Below are positions 26,123 through 39,784 of a DNA stretch of 64,000 nt, piece by piece; the stretch's first letter is position 1, and the number at the start of each line of letters is the position of its first letter. The DNA lies in NCBI GenBank assembly GCA_951406725.2, contig OX597814.1:120404001-120468000 (forward strand), in the 5' to 3' direction. The notes beneath the pieces were generated by a model. It made no database searches. It saw nothing but the letters and a program-made list of their open reading frames with translations, and had not been told where the DNA came from. Source of the DNA: Octopus vulgaris (taxonomy: Eukaryota). The position numbers and the translations under genes were made by a program.

Positions 26123-26306
26123 AAGAAATCTAGAACAGATTAGTAAGTATTAAAATAAAATTCTATGGTATGGTGTGATGTATATTAGGATTGGATGAAT
26201 TGCATGGGGACTTCTATCTCTAAATAACATATTATCGAGAATAATTCATTTTATTTGAATCCCCGTGACACCGGAATTTTCATTCCCTAATAAATAATAT
26301 AATATA

Positions 26307-26432
<126 letters not shown>

Positions 26433-26459
26433 TATGCGTGTGTGTGTGTGTATGTGTGT

Positions 26460-26650
26460 GTGACTTTGTCTGTGTTTGTTTCCCCCATCACTTGACAAAC
26501 TATGTTAATGTGTTTACGACCTCATAAATTAGCGGTTCAGCCAAGGATACCAGACTGACAAATAAGTCCAAGTGTCGATTTCTTCGACTAAAAGGCCGTG
26601 TTCCAACATGGCCTCAGTAAAAATGACTGATACAAATAAAAGAATAAAAT
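26460..26650 (+). mobile_element. SINE family A, 3' half
   Basis: tgtctgtgtttgtttccccc...ttagcggttc...aatgactgatacaaataaaag. Confidence 0.7.
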
Positions 26651-28219
26651 AATATATATAGATGTGTGTGTGTGTGTGAGTGTGTGTTTGTGTAATTAAG
26701 TTTCATTTAAATTAGGTACTTAAGTTGAGGCACCAAATTAATCCGGTATTGTCCGCACAGCTCCAAGTTAGATCAATAAAAAGCGAATAAGTAACAAGGA
26801 TACCCGGACATCCTTGTTACCTGGACCAATCTTTAATCGAAACCTATCTAAGTTTATATACATATATATATATCCAGAGAGAGAGAGGGGGGGAGAAACA
26901 GAGAGTGAGAGAGAGATGCATACACATCCATATAGTGTGTAGTATTCGTATTTTAGTATTAGGTATATATATATATATATACTTCCATGTAATAATGTGG
27001 ACATATGAGTGTTTATAATATGAACTGTTTTTGCGTTAGCACTTTCACAAAAATCCTAAGGTATATTTCAATCACATTTGAAACCTCAGAACCACCACAT
27101 ATTAACAAGCACTTAAACACATCCATATTTCAGTTTATTGATTTTAAAAATACGATTGTCATTTTATTTCGGTAAACATCTGCATTACTACTTGAAGGGA
27201 AATCATCTGAAATGTCTCAAGATTTTATTAAATCTTGCCATAATATTTATTAAAAGTCAATTTTCTTTCCGTATGTAGTATCTTAGTATTTTTTCTTCAT
27301 TCAGACTGTGTTGGAATAAATAAATTTATAAGCAAATTATTAAATAAACAGATATGTGTATGTAAATATAGAAATATATCAACTGCCTTCTACATATCTA
27401 CTCCACTAACTATAAGATAATATAGTTTTGCAGCTGCTGAGAACGATGCTATACATATGTCGCTGCTATGGATCTTACTACAGCTACTGCTAAAGCTGGC
27501 CAGGAATCTCTTGATGCTTCAATTACATTTTCTGTATATATCGCTTCCTGAAGGAAAGGCTAATGCAGCAAGACTAATATATAATATTCCGCAGTGTCAC
27601 GCAATTTATAATATATACTTTAGATATGATATTTAAACATGCATTTTACCTTTCTTGTTATAGATGACATTTATAATTTCTTAGAGACTGATATACGAAA
27701 TATACACACCAACTAAATCTGCCCTCAGCTTATAATATTCGTAATATGCATCTACCTCTATACATGTACACATGTCTACGCATTCTAATATTAAGATACA
27801 AGATGTGTGATTTCATAGGTTTAGGCATTAATTTTCAGGATTTTATATATGCTTATATCATCGGCAGTATTGTTAGTATGATTTCCTCTTTATCTAATCA
27901 TCTTACAGGAAGTTCGATAATTCGATAGTCATACTTCGTGATATACTTTCATTCCATATAAAAATATCTGATTTTTCATATAGTACCTTCAATTCAATAA
28001 CAGTACTAAATACATCTACAGACTACTGTAAACATTATTTTATGCAGAATTAAGGTAGAATGCATATATTATGTCTTGCCTGAGGCCACTAATTCTTGAT
28101 GTAGACGTAGCGGTCTGACGCCATGAAATATTGCGTTTATCAGGCTTCGGAATCGGTAAGAACTCCTTCCATCTCTATATCAGACCTACGCCGATTTTTC
28201 GGAGAGAAAGAGAGATGTT

Positions 28220-28282
28220 GCGAGAGAGAAGGAGGAATGAGTAAAAGAGGGAAAAGAGATAGAGAGAGAGAAAGAGAGAGAT

Positions 28283-28321
<39 letters not shown>

Positions 28322-28364
28322 AACTAAGAAAAAATATAGAAAGAAAGAAAGAATGAAAGAAGGA

Positions 28365-28403
<39 letters not shown>

Positions 28404-28420
28404 GAAGAAAGGAAGAGAGA
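28220..28420. repeat. (GA)n/(GAAA)n purine tract
   Basis: Seen directly. Confidence 0.95.
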
Positions 28421-29292
28421 GAATTAAAGAAATAGTATTGAATTTAACCTATCAAAATATTGAATACAACTCCGTAAAGTTCAAAGGTAAATTTGACCAT
28501 GGACTGTTTCGAAAGAAGTGTGCAAAACCCGGGAGAAATTGTTTTGACTTATAATCAAATGTGTCTACCAATTACAGTGCATTTATACTTGAATTTAACA
28601 CGTTCGCACATGGAGTTGATACATTTATTAAAGCAACGACAGCAAAAGCAACAAAACATTTGCTCTGATGCAGTATCTTCATATGGCAAGCAAAAATGAT
28701 AATTTAAAGCAATTAAGTTCCATAATATCACAATAAACTTTGCTTTTGGTAGCTTCAATGGTTAATGTTTTAAATATTTTAATGTTTTAAATATTTTAAT
28801 GTTTTAAATATTCTGAATATTTTGTGCCAACCATTCAAAATATTATTATAGTGAAAACGTGATAAAAAAGTGACTAGACGAGATATGTACAGTATACATG
28901 TCTATATGAATTACGTATTTATTTTCATAAAATGATACTTAACACCTGCCGCGGATCAATTATAATTTTCAGGTCTCAAACATCAGTGAATGCACTTCAG
29001 CCTCAGTAGTTTGCAGTTTTATATATTGGCAATATCCCTCTAGTTCCCCTCTCTCTCCATCTGCATTCGAAGTAAATCCTCTTTCTTGCCTATTATTTTT
29101 GACATATGCAAGTCCTATTCCCTCGGTATTAAGTAACTGTGCAAAAAAAAATGTATTTTAACTGTTGTGTTGGCATCGTAGTTGACGAAATGATACATTT
29201 GTTAGAGCGTAAGCCCCCCCCCAAATGCTTGGGGTAAATTTTATTTTATTCTCATCGATTTGCATTGAAAGCTCGGCAGCTTTCATTGTATT

Positions 29293-29585
29293 CTTTGTTC
29301 CTTCTCGAACCACGTCTGGCTCATCAGGGCCGGTTTCCTTGGCGTATAGGTTCCCCACCTGGACGGGACGCCGTTGCGTTGCAGGTGAGCTGCAAGATGT
29401 AGGAGGAAAGAGTGAGAGAAAGTTGTGGCGAATGAGTCAGCAGAAGTTCCCCATTACCTTCTGCCGGAACTGCGTGGAGCTTAGGTGTTTCGCTCATAAA
29501 CACACACATCGCCCGATCTGAGATTCGAATCTGCGATCCCTGGACCGCGAGTCCGCTGCTCTAACCACTACGCCATGTGCCTCTA
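29293..29585 (-). mobile_element. Full-length tRNA-derived SINE, family C (V-SINE-like domain)
   Basis: A box TGGCGTAGTGG, B-box-like GATTCGAATC and GGCGTCCCGTCCAGG segment; 13-bp TSD CTTTCATTGTATT (29280-29292, 29586-29598). Confidence 0.9.
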
Positions 29586-30086
29586 CTTTCATTGTATTGG
29601 CTGGTCCGAAAGTCTTACCACCCCATACCGAAAACTAATACGAACAATAGAGGAACAATGTAATAATATCAAGCACATATACTGGTATTAGTATATTCAC
29701 TTTCATTGTCACTGACGCTGTCATATATCGAGGAAGATTGTATGAATACCATCAGTTTGTTGACACAAAATAATGCGGTGCCAGGTCCCGTGTGATATTT
29801 TACAAGTCTGTGCTTTGGTGATTGTTGCAAAGGCTGCCGAAACAGCTTTTCTTCAACTATTGGGTATTCTGGTATCGCTCTTGTGAAACTCTCACCTTGA
29901 TAATAGAAAATTAAAACAATATTTACTGGTGGGGAAAACACTTTCGGTACACCATCGCCAACAACTCTAATGTGGACATCACCAAAGCATTTGCTATCAT
30001 CGCCTACACCGATGTCGATAATTACATGCACCATTACTACTGTGAACCTAGAGGCAGTCATCCACCAATTACCTAATGTGACTATT

Positions 30087-30481
30087 CTTCTCTACTTAGG
30101 CACAAGACCCAAAATTTTGAGGGCGGGGAGCCTGTCGATTAGATCGATCCCAGTGCGTAACTGGTACTTAATTTATCGACCTCGAAAGGATGAAAGGCAA
30201 AGTTGACCACGGCGGAAATTGAACTCAGAACGCAGCGACAGATGAAATGCCTGTTTCTTTACTACCCACAAAGGGCTAAACACAGAGAGGACAAGCAAGG
30301 ACAGACAAACGGATTAAGTCGATTATATCGACCCCAGTGCAAAACTGGTACTTATTTAATCGACCCCGAAAGGATAAAAGGTAATGTCGACCTCGGCGGA
30401 ATTTGAATTCAGAACGTAACGACGGACGAAATACCGCTACGCATTTCGCCCGTGTGTTAACAATTCTGCCAGCTCGCCGCC
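30087..30481 (-). mobile_element. SINE family B tandem dimer
   Basis: Head GGCGGCGAGCTGGCAGAA and two core units; degenerate 18-bp TSD at 30069-30086 and 30482-30499. Confidence 0.85.
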
Positions 30482-30989
30482 TTACCTATTGTGACCATTT
30501 CGGCATCAACTACAACATCACTTGGATAACTGCTGCTTATAGCACAATCACTGAACTGAAACGAGATCACTCCCCACTCGGCTATCCAACTGGCATTATC
30601 TAGAGATAATCTCTTTGATTGTACTCTCAACTTTTAGGAAAGTATTGTTAGTTTCCCTATATTACCCTTTTCATTTATTATTACACGCCCCACACGCACA
30701 CCGACTCACACACACAGACACAGACACAATCATACGCACATACACAAACCACATACATGCACACAAACACATATGCACCCACAGACACATACACAAACAC
30801 AAACACACAGACACACACACACACGCGTTTCAAATATGCGGCCTCATTCATGCTGGTGCAGTACCAGGATTTTGTATTTTTATATATCATTCTTCATTAG
30901 CTGATTTTTTCATGTTGGTGGGATTTCATATAATTACTCATGCATGTGCTATTTTCCTTGGTTGTTGGCTTATTTTGTGTGAGAGAGAG

Positions 30990-31240
30990 TTTGACGCAGC
31001 TGCCCTCATCTGTAATTCATGCTCTAATCTGTAATCCATAGGGTTCGTATCGTTGTTACGAGAAAGACCTGTTCCTTGTGGAATATATTCCTGTCCACAA
31101 TCTGTAGGTTTTTAATATTTTCGGAAGGGCATTGAAGAGCTGTGGACCTGATATGCCCGTTGCTGACTTTAGCTGGCATGGATAGTACTTTTAGTACAAT
31201 GCAAGTGGTGTCTATTTCAGGCTTTTGTATAACATTCGCT
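30990..31240 (-). mobile_element. Decayed CR1/L2-group LINE 3' fragment
   Basis: Minus strand contains HCIV..V.SMP and GPQLFNALPK motifs typical of these ORF2 C-termini. Confidence 0.55.
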
Positions 31241-31324
31241 GCAGAAATTAGTTATTTCTGGGACGTAAACTAGTTATTACAGGGACATATACACACCCAA
31301 ACCGTTTGTCAAGCGGTAATGAGA

Positions 31325-31444
31325 GAAGAAGAAGAAGAAGAAGAAGAAGAAGAAGAAGAAGAAGAAGAAGAAGAAGAAGAAGAAGAAGAAGAAGAAGAAG
31401 AAGAAGAAGAAGAAGAAGAAGAAGAAGAAGAAGAAGAAGAAGAA
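31325..31444. repeat. Pure (GAA)40 trinucleotide repeat
   Basis: Seen directly; source of the poly-Arg ORF. Confidence 0.98.
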
Positions 31445-31649
31445 CCCATTCTAAAATAGTATCAAGACCCGAAAATTTAAGGGATGGGGTTGTTGATTAC
31501 AACGACCCCATTTCTGAACCTGTACTTGTATTATCGACACCGATATGTTATCGACGTCGAGGGAATTTGAACTCCGCTAGTCATACTACAACTACTACTA
31601 ACACTACTACTGCTGCTGCTGCTACCACTACCACTGATAATAATAATTA

Positions 31650-31865
31650 CTTCAACTCTAGGTATAATGTTTTCAAAACTTTGGTGGGAAGGGGGCTAAT
31701 CGATTATATCGATCCCAGTGTGTAGCTGGTCCTTATTTTATCAACCCCAAAAGAATGAAAGGCAAAGTGAATCTCGGCGGAATTTGAACACAGAACGTAT
31801 TGGCAGACGAAATACGGCCGAGCAATTCGCCCGGAGTGCTAATCATTCTGCAAGCTCGTCACCTT
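31650..31865 (-). mobile_element. SINE family B monomer with the alternative 3' tail
   Basis: Core gaatgaaaggcaaagtgaatctcggcggaatttgaacacagaacg. Confidence 0.75.
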
Positions 31866-33343
31866 ACTACTTATAATAATAACGGTTTCAAATTTTATCA
31901 CAAGGGCATCCTTTTAGGGATGAGTCAATTACACCTCCTTACTTCTGATAATAATCATGCAAGGACTAAAAGCGTATCAATAGTAATTTAAGCATGTGTA
32001 TTTGTTCCTAACAATATAAGATTTAATGCTGCAATCTTGCAAAACTGAAGATTATTTGCAACTGCAAAAATCTTGCGAATAGTGACTTATGTTTGTATGA
32101 CTTAGTATTGATTATCACCTATTTAGCCAGCCAACACATGGAACCTATTGTTTTCTCCTATATTTTCGCAGCTTCTGGTGTTGCTGATGCTCTCCTTTTC
32201 CACTTGATACCCTGCTCAGAGATTTGAACAGACTGTCTCTGCCGCAAACCCAATAGTTAGATGTTCTTCCCTCCTACTGCACCTACCACTACGACACTGT
32301 TATGAGGCTGTGAACTTCTAGGTTCATAAAATCTTGCAAATCTATATTGTCCTTTACTCGCACCGTATTTTGTTCATATCATGCGCAACCATACAAATAT
32401 CATTCGTGCTTAAAATACTACAAAGTGATAACGAATCAAAGGGTAATATTGTTACCAAAAATTTTGACAATGAAACTTATGCTATACTAGACCCGCTTCT
32501 GTGTTACAAATTGTTCGCATGGGTATCGCACTAACTATACTTGCCGGATCCCAAACCGTTCACAAATTACTGTAAACATTATCTTGTGCAACAGGCAAAA
32601 AATTGCCAACACACATGCTAACACTTATCGATGAGGATTTCGCACAGTTGTAGGTGCAAAAATATGATCGAACAGATCTGCATTACTGGTGTTCCAGCTA
32701 TTGTTATACAAAACGTGAAAATCTCTCTACATAAAAATACTGTTTCTGTGTGTTTTCATTTTCTTTTTCAACAAAGTTTTCCTTTTTCTTTTTCTTTGTG
32801 TCTTATTTTTGCGTAACTGTCACGGATTTTCTTTTCAGACTGTGTCTTGCCGACAAGTTTTGTTGAATGTCAGATAATAAAAAAAGTGTAAACATGTTTT
32901 TTTCGCACAATGGATGAAAAATGTATCAAAGAAAATCTGCTCAACTTTTGTGGATTAGTTCGTACGAACTGACACTGATTAAATCATACAAATATATTTT
33001 TACGAAAAGATATTTACAGAAACCAATTCTCAAAACGAGCGCGTTGCAGTATCTAGGTGATCGAAAATCGAACATTTTAATGAATACATTATATATTTAG
33101 GAATATTACTACAATGAAAGTTATCCCATCATTATATAACACCAACAGAAAGGAGGTGACACTCACAAGAATATTACTCATAGAATAACAAAACTTCTAT
33201 AGTCAGATATGTTAATATACACCGATAAATAGTTCAAGGCTAATTGCGCATTGCTTATAACCCAAAATCAAATACAAACCTTCGATCCAGCTATCATCAA
33301 TAACGGAGTTAGTTTAAACAAACAAAACGTGCAACAAAATATT

Positions 33344-33818
33344 TATTTTTTATTGCCCACCGGTGGTTAAACATAGAGGGGACAAACAAGGACAGACATA
33401 GGGTTTAAGTCGGTTACATCGACCCTAGAGCGTAACTGGTACTTATTTAAACAATCGCGAAAAGATGAAAGGCAATGTCGACCTCGGTGGAGTTTGAAAT
33501 CAGAACGTAACGCGCGACGAAATACCGCTAAACATTTCGCCTGGCGTGCTAACGATTCTGCCAGTTCGCCGCCCTTTAACATATATATTTCTTTATTGCC
33601 CAGAAGGGGCTAAACATAGAGGCGACAAACAAGGACAGAAAAAGGGATTAAGTCGATTATATCGACCCCAGTACGTAGCTGGTGCTTTATTTATCGACCC
33701 CGAAAGGATGAGAGGCAAAGTCGACCTCGGCGGAATTTGAACTCAGAACGTAACGGCAGACGAAATATCGCTAAACAATTCGCCCGACGCGCTAACGTTT
33801 CTGCCAGCTTGCCGCCTT
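33344..33818 (-). mobile_element. Two complete family B SINEs head-to-tail inside one TSD
   Basis: 17-bp TSD ACGTGCAACAA(A/G)ATATT at 33327-33343 and 33819-33835. Confidence 0.85.
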
Positions 33819-34160
33819 ACGTGCAACAAGATATTAAATCGGGAGGGGGATGAGGAAGGTAAACGTGAAAATCAAGACATTCAAACCATAAAATTCATAT
33901 TTGGTTGAACCGTTAGCTTTTAAAGCGACAATAATATTGCGTTTGGTAGATAAGAGTGATTTTTCTTTGTACTGTTTCGAATAGCCAACTAACAGAAAAA
34001 GCAAAAACCTGTAACTGAGAAGTAACACAGAAAAGTCTTTTATATGTGAATATGTGTATATATGTGTAAATATATATATACATATATATGAATATACGTG
34101 TGTGTGCGTGTGTGTATGATTGCGTGTGCTTGTGTGTATGTGTGCGCTTGTGCACAATAT

Positions 34161-34563
34161 ATTTCTTTACTAGCCACATCGGGCTAAACATAGATGGGAC
34201 AAATAAGGACAGACAAAGGTATTAAGTCGATTACATCGACCCCAGTGCGAAACTGGTACTTTATTTATCGACCCCGAAAGGATGAAAGGCAAAGTCGACC
34301 TCGGCGAAATTTGAACTCAGAACGTAACGACAGACGAAATGCCTATTTCTTTACTACCCACAAGAGGTTAAACACAGAGGGGACAAACAAGGACAGACAA
34401 ACGGATTAAGTCGATTACATCGACCCCAGTGCGTAACTGGTACTTAATTTATCGACCCGGAAAAGATGAAAGGCAAAGTCGACCTCGGTGGAATTTGAAC
34501 CCAGAACGTAACGGCAGACGAAATACGGCGTGATAACGTTTCTGCCAGCTCGCCGCCTATCCA
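34161..34563 (-). mobile_element. SINE family B tandem dimer
   Basis: Perfect 14-bp TSD CTTGTGCACAATAT at 34147-34160 and 34564-34577. Confidence 0.9.
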
Positions 34564-36449
34564 CTTGTGCACAATATTAGGATAAAGTCAATCAGAGGTT
34601 GATCAAAGTTTACTTCCGAGAACAATAGGTCATATTCAAGATTCCTTCCTGGTGCTTCCTCCTTCAAGCCAAAAAGGCTTTTCCCGCTGTTTCTGTAGCC
34701 CCAAACATGAGGCCCAATTCGTGGGCGCTTCTATATGCTTGACATATATCCAATCACAGATATCGAAGCTGCTCTTTCCCAAAACTCGTGTTTCCCTTAC
34801 CTCTTGCAGTTTACTCTACAATTCAACGCTTTCTTATTTACACCCTCTACCATATTACCCGCTTCTCCTTAAGTGTACGAAACAAATTCTACCTCTTTTT
34901 GTCATTTCCCATCTGACCTCGACCCGACCGGTTTCTTTCGTCTCTTAGTCCTTCAGTCAATTATAGGTGCTCGGAACCCACGCACGTTTAGAAAGCAGAA
35001 CATCTTGTCTTATGTCTAGATTTTCGAAAATTCAGATTAATGTAGTCATGTCATTTAAATTGAGCTAATTTTCGCCATTAACATATAGAAAAGGGGACAC
35101 AAAAAGCCCCATGTATATAGGTTAATGTTATTTAAAAATCTATAAACCCTAAATACATTCCGTGTGATGTTGGAAATAATCTAGCGAGTCATCTCCATTT
35201 AAGCTTTATTCTTCTTTTATTCATTATATCATCATCTAAAAATGAGTTGGAAAATATTTTCTGGTTTCTACACGCTCAAGATCGATATTTAATTTGAATA
35301 TATAGGTCTAACGGTGAAACGACTTGTACGCGAAAATATATTCATTTAATTGAGGTATATAATGAATATTAATGATTTGATTATTGATTGATTTGCGAAC
35401 ATAATCGACCATGCTAACTTAATTTAATATGGAAAAAAAAAATCTTGAAGTTTGTAAAGCCGATTAAATTGAATATTATATTCTGATATAGAAAATAGAG
35501 TTTTAGCCTGTCACGAAGTAGTTTCCGTTTTTCAGAAAGTACATAATGCAGTATAAATCAAAGGAAAATTAAAATGTTCATTATCCCAATCAATAAAGTT
35601 TCTAGTGAAAACATTCATGATGAGATGCAATTTTATATTATATTCTACCTTAATATTCTGTCGTCATTCTGATAACAGTAATCACAGCGTTTGCGAGGAA
35701 ACAACAGCCAAGAAAGACCGTAATAATACGCTATAAAAATCGTGGAGTTATCAGGACACATTCTTGAATAAACAACTCTTAGTCTTTAAGCTGACACTGG
35801 AATTCTTTGTCTTACAAAATGACAGGTTGAATTTGCAAATGTACCCAAGCCTGAAATATAATCCGAATAAATACGGATATTTGAAGAAGTAAGGACTGCA
35901 AAGTTTTACTGTGGTTAAGAATTAAATAGACAGTTGTGTCTGCTAGAAGGAAAATCAATACCCATGATATGTAATTTTAAAGAAATCACGCAACAAATAG
36001 CTCTTCGAATTTCTAAAGACGTTTCAAACATTTTATTAAGATATGTGCTATTGAATAACTCCTGTGTCATTCTTACTGAGAATTATAAGTATTGCTTTGT
36101 TTAAATTTTTGTTATATAGTTCAATGTTCGATCGATCGTGTGACTGTGAATCAGTGTATATATATTCACACGCACCAATACATATATATACATGTGTACA
36201 TATATCTATATGTATATGTGAATACTTGTGTTGGTTGGTAAATAATTTATACGCTTATGAGCCCCACTGTGGGCCAAATAGGAAAGTAAACACGTTTCTT
36301 TTGCAAATGATGTGAGGATAAAAGAGTTGTGAATTTTCTGTTGGGCAATTTTCCTGTTCGTTGAAAGCTCCTCAGAGGAGAAATTCACAGATTCCTTCCC
36401 CAAGTAAGGCCACTGATAATACGTTAAAAATAAGTTATAAATTTGGTTA

Positions 36450-36600
36450 CCATTTATAAGACTACCTTTCTCTTTATAAATGTCCTAGAAATTTCACATT
36501 GCCTTGGCTTTGTTGTCCTATTTTATTTAACATAGAGACACACACACTTGACCCGCATTAGACTCCTCACCCATATTATTATCGAACCGGGAGTCTAGCA
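36450..36600 (+). mobile_element. Penelope-like pLTR fragment (same family as 45170-45310)
   Basis: Shared sequence ctttataaa..tcctagaaattt.acattg.cttggctttgt...gacccgc.ttagactc...ccgggagtct. Confidence 0.6.
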
Positions 36601-37178
36601 GTGGTCCGAGCATCTGTACGATTAAATAATTCTGTTAGCGCGGTTGCAAAGAGATATTTATGGATGCAAAAAAACATTAGAATTCAACTTTATATCTTCA
36701 TGTACCCAAATCGTGTGTTAATAAAGGCAAGTTAATTTTACCAGGATATTGGAATCGATTTTCAATGCAAAGCAATAAATATATTTCACGGGATATTTTA
36801 GTCACAAACAAAAGATATATTTGTCCCGATTCTCTCGATACTCGTTAAGTCTTGCTTGAAAATGTGTGTGCATATTTTAGTATACAGTATCACGCGAACA
36901 TAGATATTCCAGTTAACAAACACATAAACAGACACTCAAATATTCATTCATTTACTCAGTTCTCATTGTGCCTTGCGAAATTTGAGGCACCAGCAAGATC
37001 ATTCCATCTTCTAATACTAAGAGCGTCCTTGACAGCTGGCTCCATTATTAACCCTCTGATTATTTAATCTTTTGTTATTGTTCTCCTTCACGTTTCCTTT
37101 AGTCGGCCACGTCTTCTTTTACCTTGTGGATACCATTGCAAAGCGATCCTAACAATTGAATTCGGTTTATAGCAACAA

Positions 37179-37440
37179 TCATCATCATTGTTCGACCGTG
37201 GTCGAGACTTTCATAGTCTTTTCAAATGGCTAATAATGTGTGCGCGCGCCACTACTACACACATTGGAAAGCATTGTACAACCAAGTACTAAAGTAGATA
37301 TTTCCTCCTCCATGAAACAAAGCTGTTCCCGCTGGACGTCAACCCAGTATTTCTAAGCTACGGACCCAGTGATTTATTGTAAGGTTATCTCCCTAGATAG
37401 ATTGCCTTCACTACGGCTAAGGAGCCCTTTCTACCCCATC
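37179..37440 (-). mobile_element. 262-bp bipartite non-autonomous RTE derivative
   Basis: The 3' 30 nt match the RTE 3' end at 17045-17071 plus a (TGA)n tail; the 5' end resembles an RTE 5' UTR. 9-bp TSD TAGCAACAA at 37170-37178 and 37441-37449. Confidence 0.75.
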
Positions 37441-37896
37441 TAGCAACAAACTCAACCTAGCCATTCCCATTTGCATGCTTCAATGATCTCTCTTATTGCC
37501 TTCACGTTAGCCTTTATGTGTAGTTGTCTACTGGAGATCATATTCAGCCAGTAAACCTTCAAAATTATTTGTAAACATTTATTTTGAAATACCTCCAATT
37601 TCTATTGAATAGTTTTAATTGTTTTCCAACAGTCGGACCCGTAGACGAGGATGCTAAGTATGTTGCTTTTGTAAAATCGTATTTTGATGCGCTTGCTGAG
37701 TATTGATGGTTTCCATATTGAGATTAACATATCGAATCATTGGCTGACTTTGCTGATACGTGTATCTTTTTCATGAATGCAGTCTGAATCCATTGTTATT
37801 CCACGCATACACACATATCGTAAAATATAATTGCCAAATAATCGCTCAGAGAATTGATATTGCTTATACGAACACACACACACACACACACACACA

Positions 37897-37987
<91 letters not shown>

Positions 37988-37988
<1 letters not shown>

Positions 37989-38640
37989 ATATATGCATAC
38001 AATATTGAATATGTACATATATACACAAGGGTACTACATGAGTACCTATATCGCTTATGGTAGAAGTAAAAAAATACTTCTGTACCACCGAATAGTCACA
38101 AATCTATTATAGACAAGATAGGAAAAAATATCAGTGAACAATAATAATGTCTTACCTCAAATGGGTCAGAACAAGTAAATGCTGGTCAACTCGGTACCGG
38201 TTTCGAAATTTAGCGCCACCTAGGCGCGTGATTTCTCATCAGCCGAAGTCCTCTAGCTAAATAACTACTAGCATTCTCCCCCATCATTCCTGCGAAGGTT
38301 CGTTTGAAGTGACCAAACACCGTACGAACAAACGAAATGCGTAAAATTGGGAAATGTTTGTAGTTATTTAGCTGGCGGACTTCGGCTGATGAGAAATCAC
38401 GCACCTAGGTGGCGCTAAATTTCGAAACTGGTACCGAGTTGACCAGCATTTACTTGTTCTGACCCATTTGAGGTAAGACATTATTATTGCTCACTGATAT
38501 TTTTTCCTGTCTTGTCTGAAATAGATTTGTGACTATTCGGTGGTACAGAAGTATTTTTTGACTTCTATCATTAGCGATATAGGTACGCATGTAGTACTCT
38601 TGTGTATAAATGTACATATTTAATATTGTATGTATGTATT
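37988..38640. mobile_element. Foldback element / large MITE with inverted arms of about 290 bp
   Basis: 37988-38280 is the reverse complement of 38349-38640 with scattered mismatches; spacer about 70 bp. Confidence 0.9.
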
Positions 38641-38710
38641 TTATTAATTTGCCTGTACGGCTAATAATTCGCTTACCACTTGTGATGGTATTTTAATGAT
38701 ACCATCCCCA

Positions 38711-38753
<43 letters not shown>

Positions 38754-39249
38754 TACTAATCTTTCAATTAATACCACTAACCCCCCATACATCCCATACA
38801 CCATTCACATTACGGTTTTATATCTACCCTAATTGCACCAAATCCAGAACTACTTACCTCGCTTACACAACTTTTTACTCAGGGACTAGTATACCGGACA
38901 CCGTTCGGTTTGATGTCTTTACAAAAATCATTTCACACGGTATAGAATGCTATTAGAGTGATCAGGTTTAGCGAGTATAGAGACAATTATTGAGATAAGC
39001 AAATTAGACACATCAAATTCATTAAATGTATAAAGTACATAAAATACAAAATATGTTTGTATGTATTTATACATGCAAAACGTAATAAAGCAAAAGGTGG
39101 AAACTTTCAGATGATGAAATTATATGTATAAGTATATATATTTATATAAGTACGTCCAACATACACTGAGTACAAATGTCATTTGTATTCTCTGTAAGTT
39201 TGAACTATTTATATGAATATATATATATATGTATTTATAACATATGTAT

Positions 39250-39345
39250 TCCTAAGGTATTTTTCGATGCTATTATTATTCAGTTTACTGCCTGGAATCG
39301 AACCCGGAATCTTGGGGTTAGTAGCCCGCGATCTTAACCACTACA
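39250..39345 (-). mobile_element. tRNA-like SINE head (fourth type), truncated
   Basis: GTGTAGTGGTTAAGATCGCGGGCTACTAACCCCAAGATTCCGGGTTCGATTCCAGGCAG has A and B boxes but no complete acceptor stem. Confidence 0.6.
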
Positions 39346-39712
39346 CAATTACGAAGTAAATTTTAGGGCTTATAAATCTAATAGTTTTCTATCCTTCCTT
39401 AATAACGGTTTCCATATGCTACTCATATCTGTACTCGGTTTGCTTAGGAGGTTGTTGTATCCTAACATATGTGCTTCTTTGTTTATTTTTCTTATTTTCC
39501 CGTGGTGTTCTCTGTCTTACATCGAAAAGTACCTTCGGAATGAGAACCCAGGTTCGAAATTTCCCCAAGGAACCCGACAAAGGCTGTGTTAACAACAAAG
39601 AAGATGAGGTTAAATAGCCTTGAAATGTAAATAATGTAAATAATATACTATTTTTATTCCTTTATAAACTGTGAATTCCCTGTCTAGAACTTCCATGCTT
39701 ACTCGCCTTGGA

Positions 39713-39784
39713 TTTGATGACGGAATTCCCAGTGCATGGAGATGCAAACCTAACACGGGATATCCTCAAACAGCTGTCAGAATC
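39713..39784 (+). ncRNA. Degenerate hammerhead (loop AGCU)
   Basis: GAUU-UGAUGA-C-GGAAUUCCC...GGGAUAUCC-U-CAAAC-AGCU-GUC|AGAAUC; core is damaged. Confidence 0.4.

Noticed and set aside
29669-30061. 130-aa minus-strand ORF in mostly unique sequence
   Set aside because: No recognisable domain, and its 5' part overlaps low-complexity sequence next to a SINE; it cannot be supported as a CDS.
31306-31725. Poly-Arg, protamine-like ORF
   Set aside because: It is a pure (GAA)n tract followed by SINE remnants.
32880-32960. Possible old mariner N-terminus; similarly faint LINE or PLE traces at 7400-7640, 34640-35030 and 56800-57050
   Set aside because: The similarity is too weak to support by eye.
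39285-39345. tRNA gene
   Set aside because: A and B boxes are present but the acceptor stem is absent; it is better explained as a SINE head.
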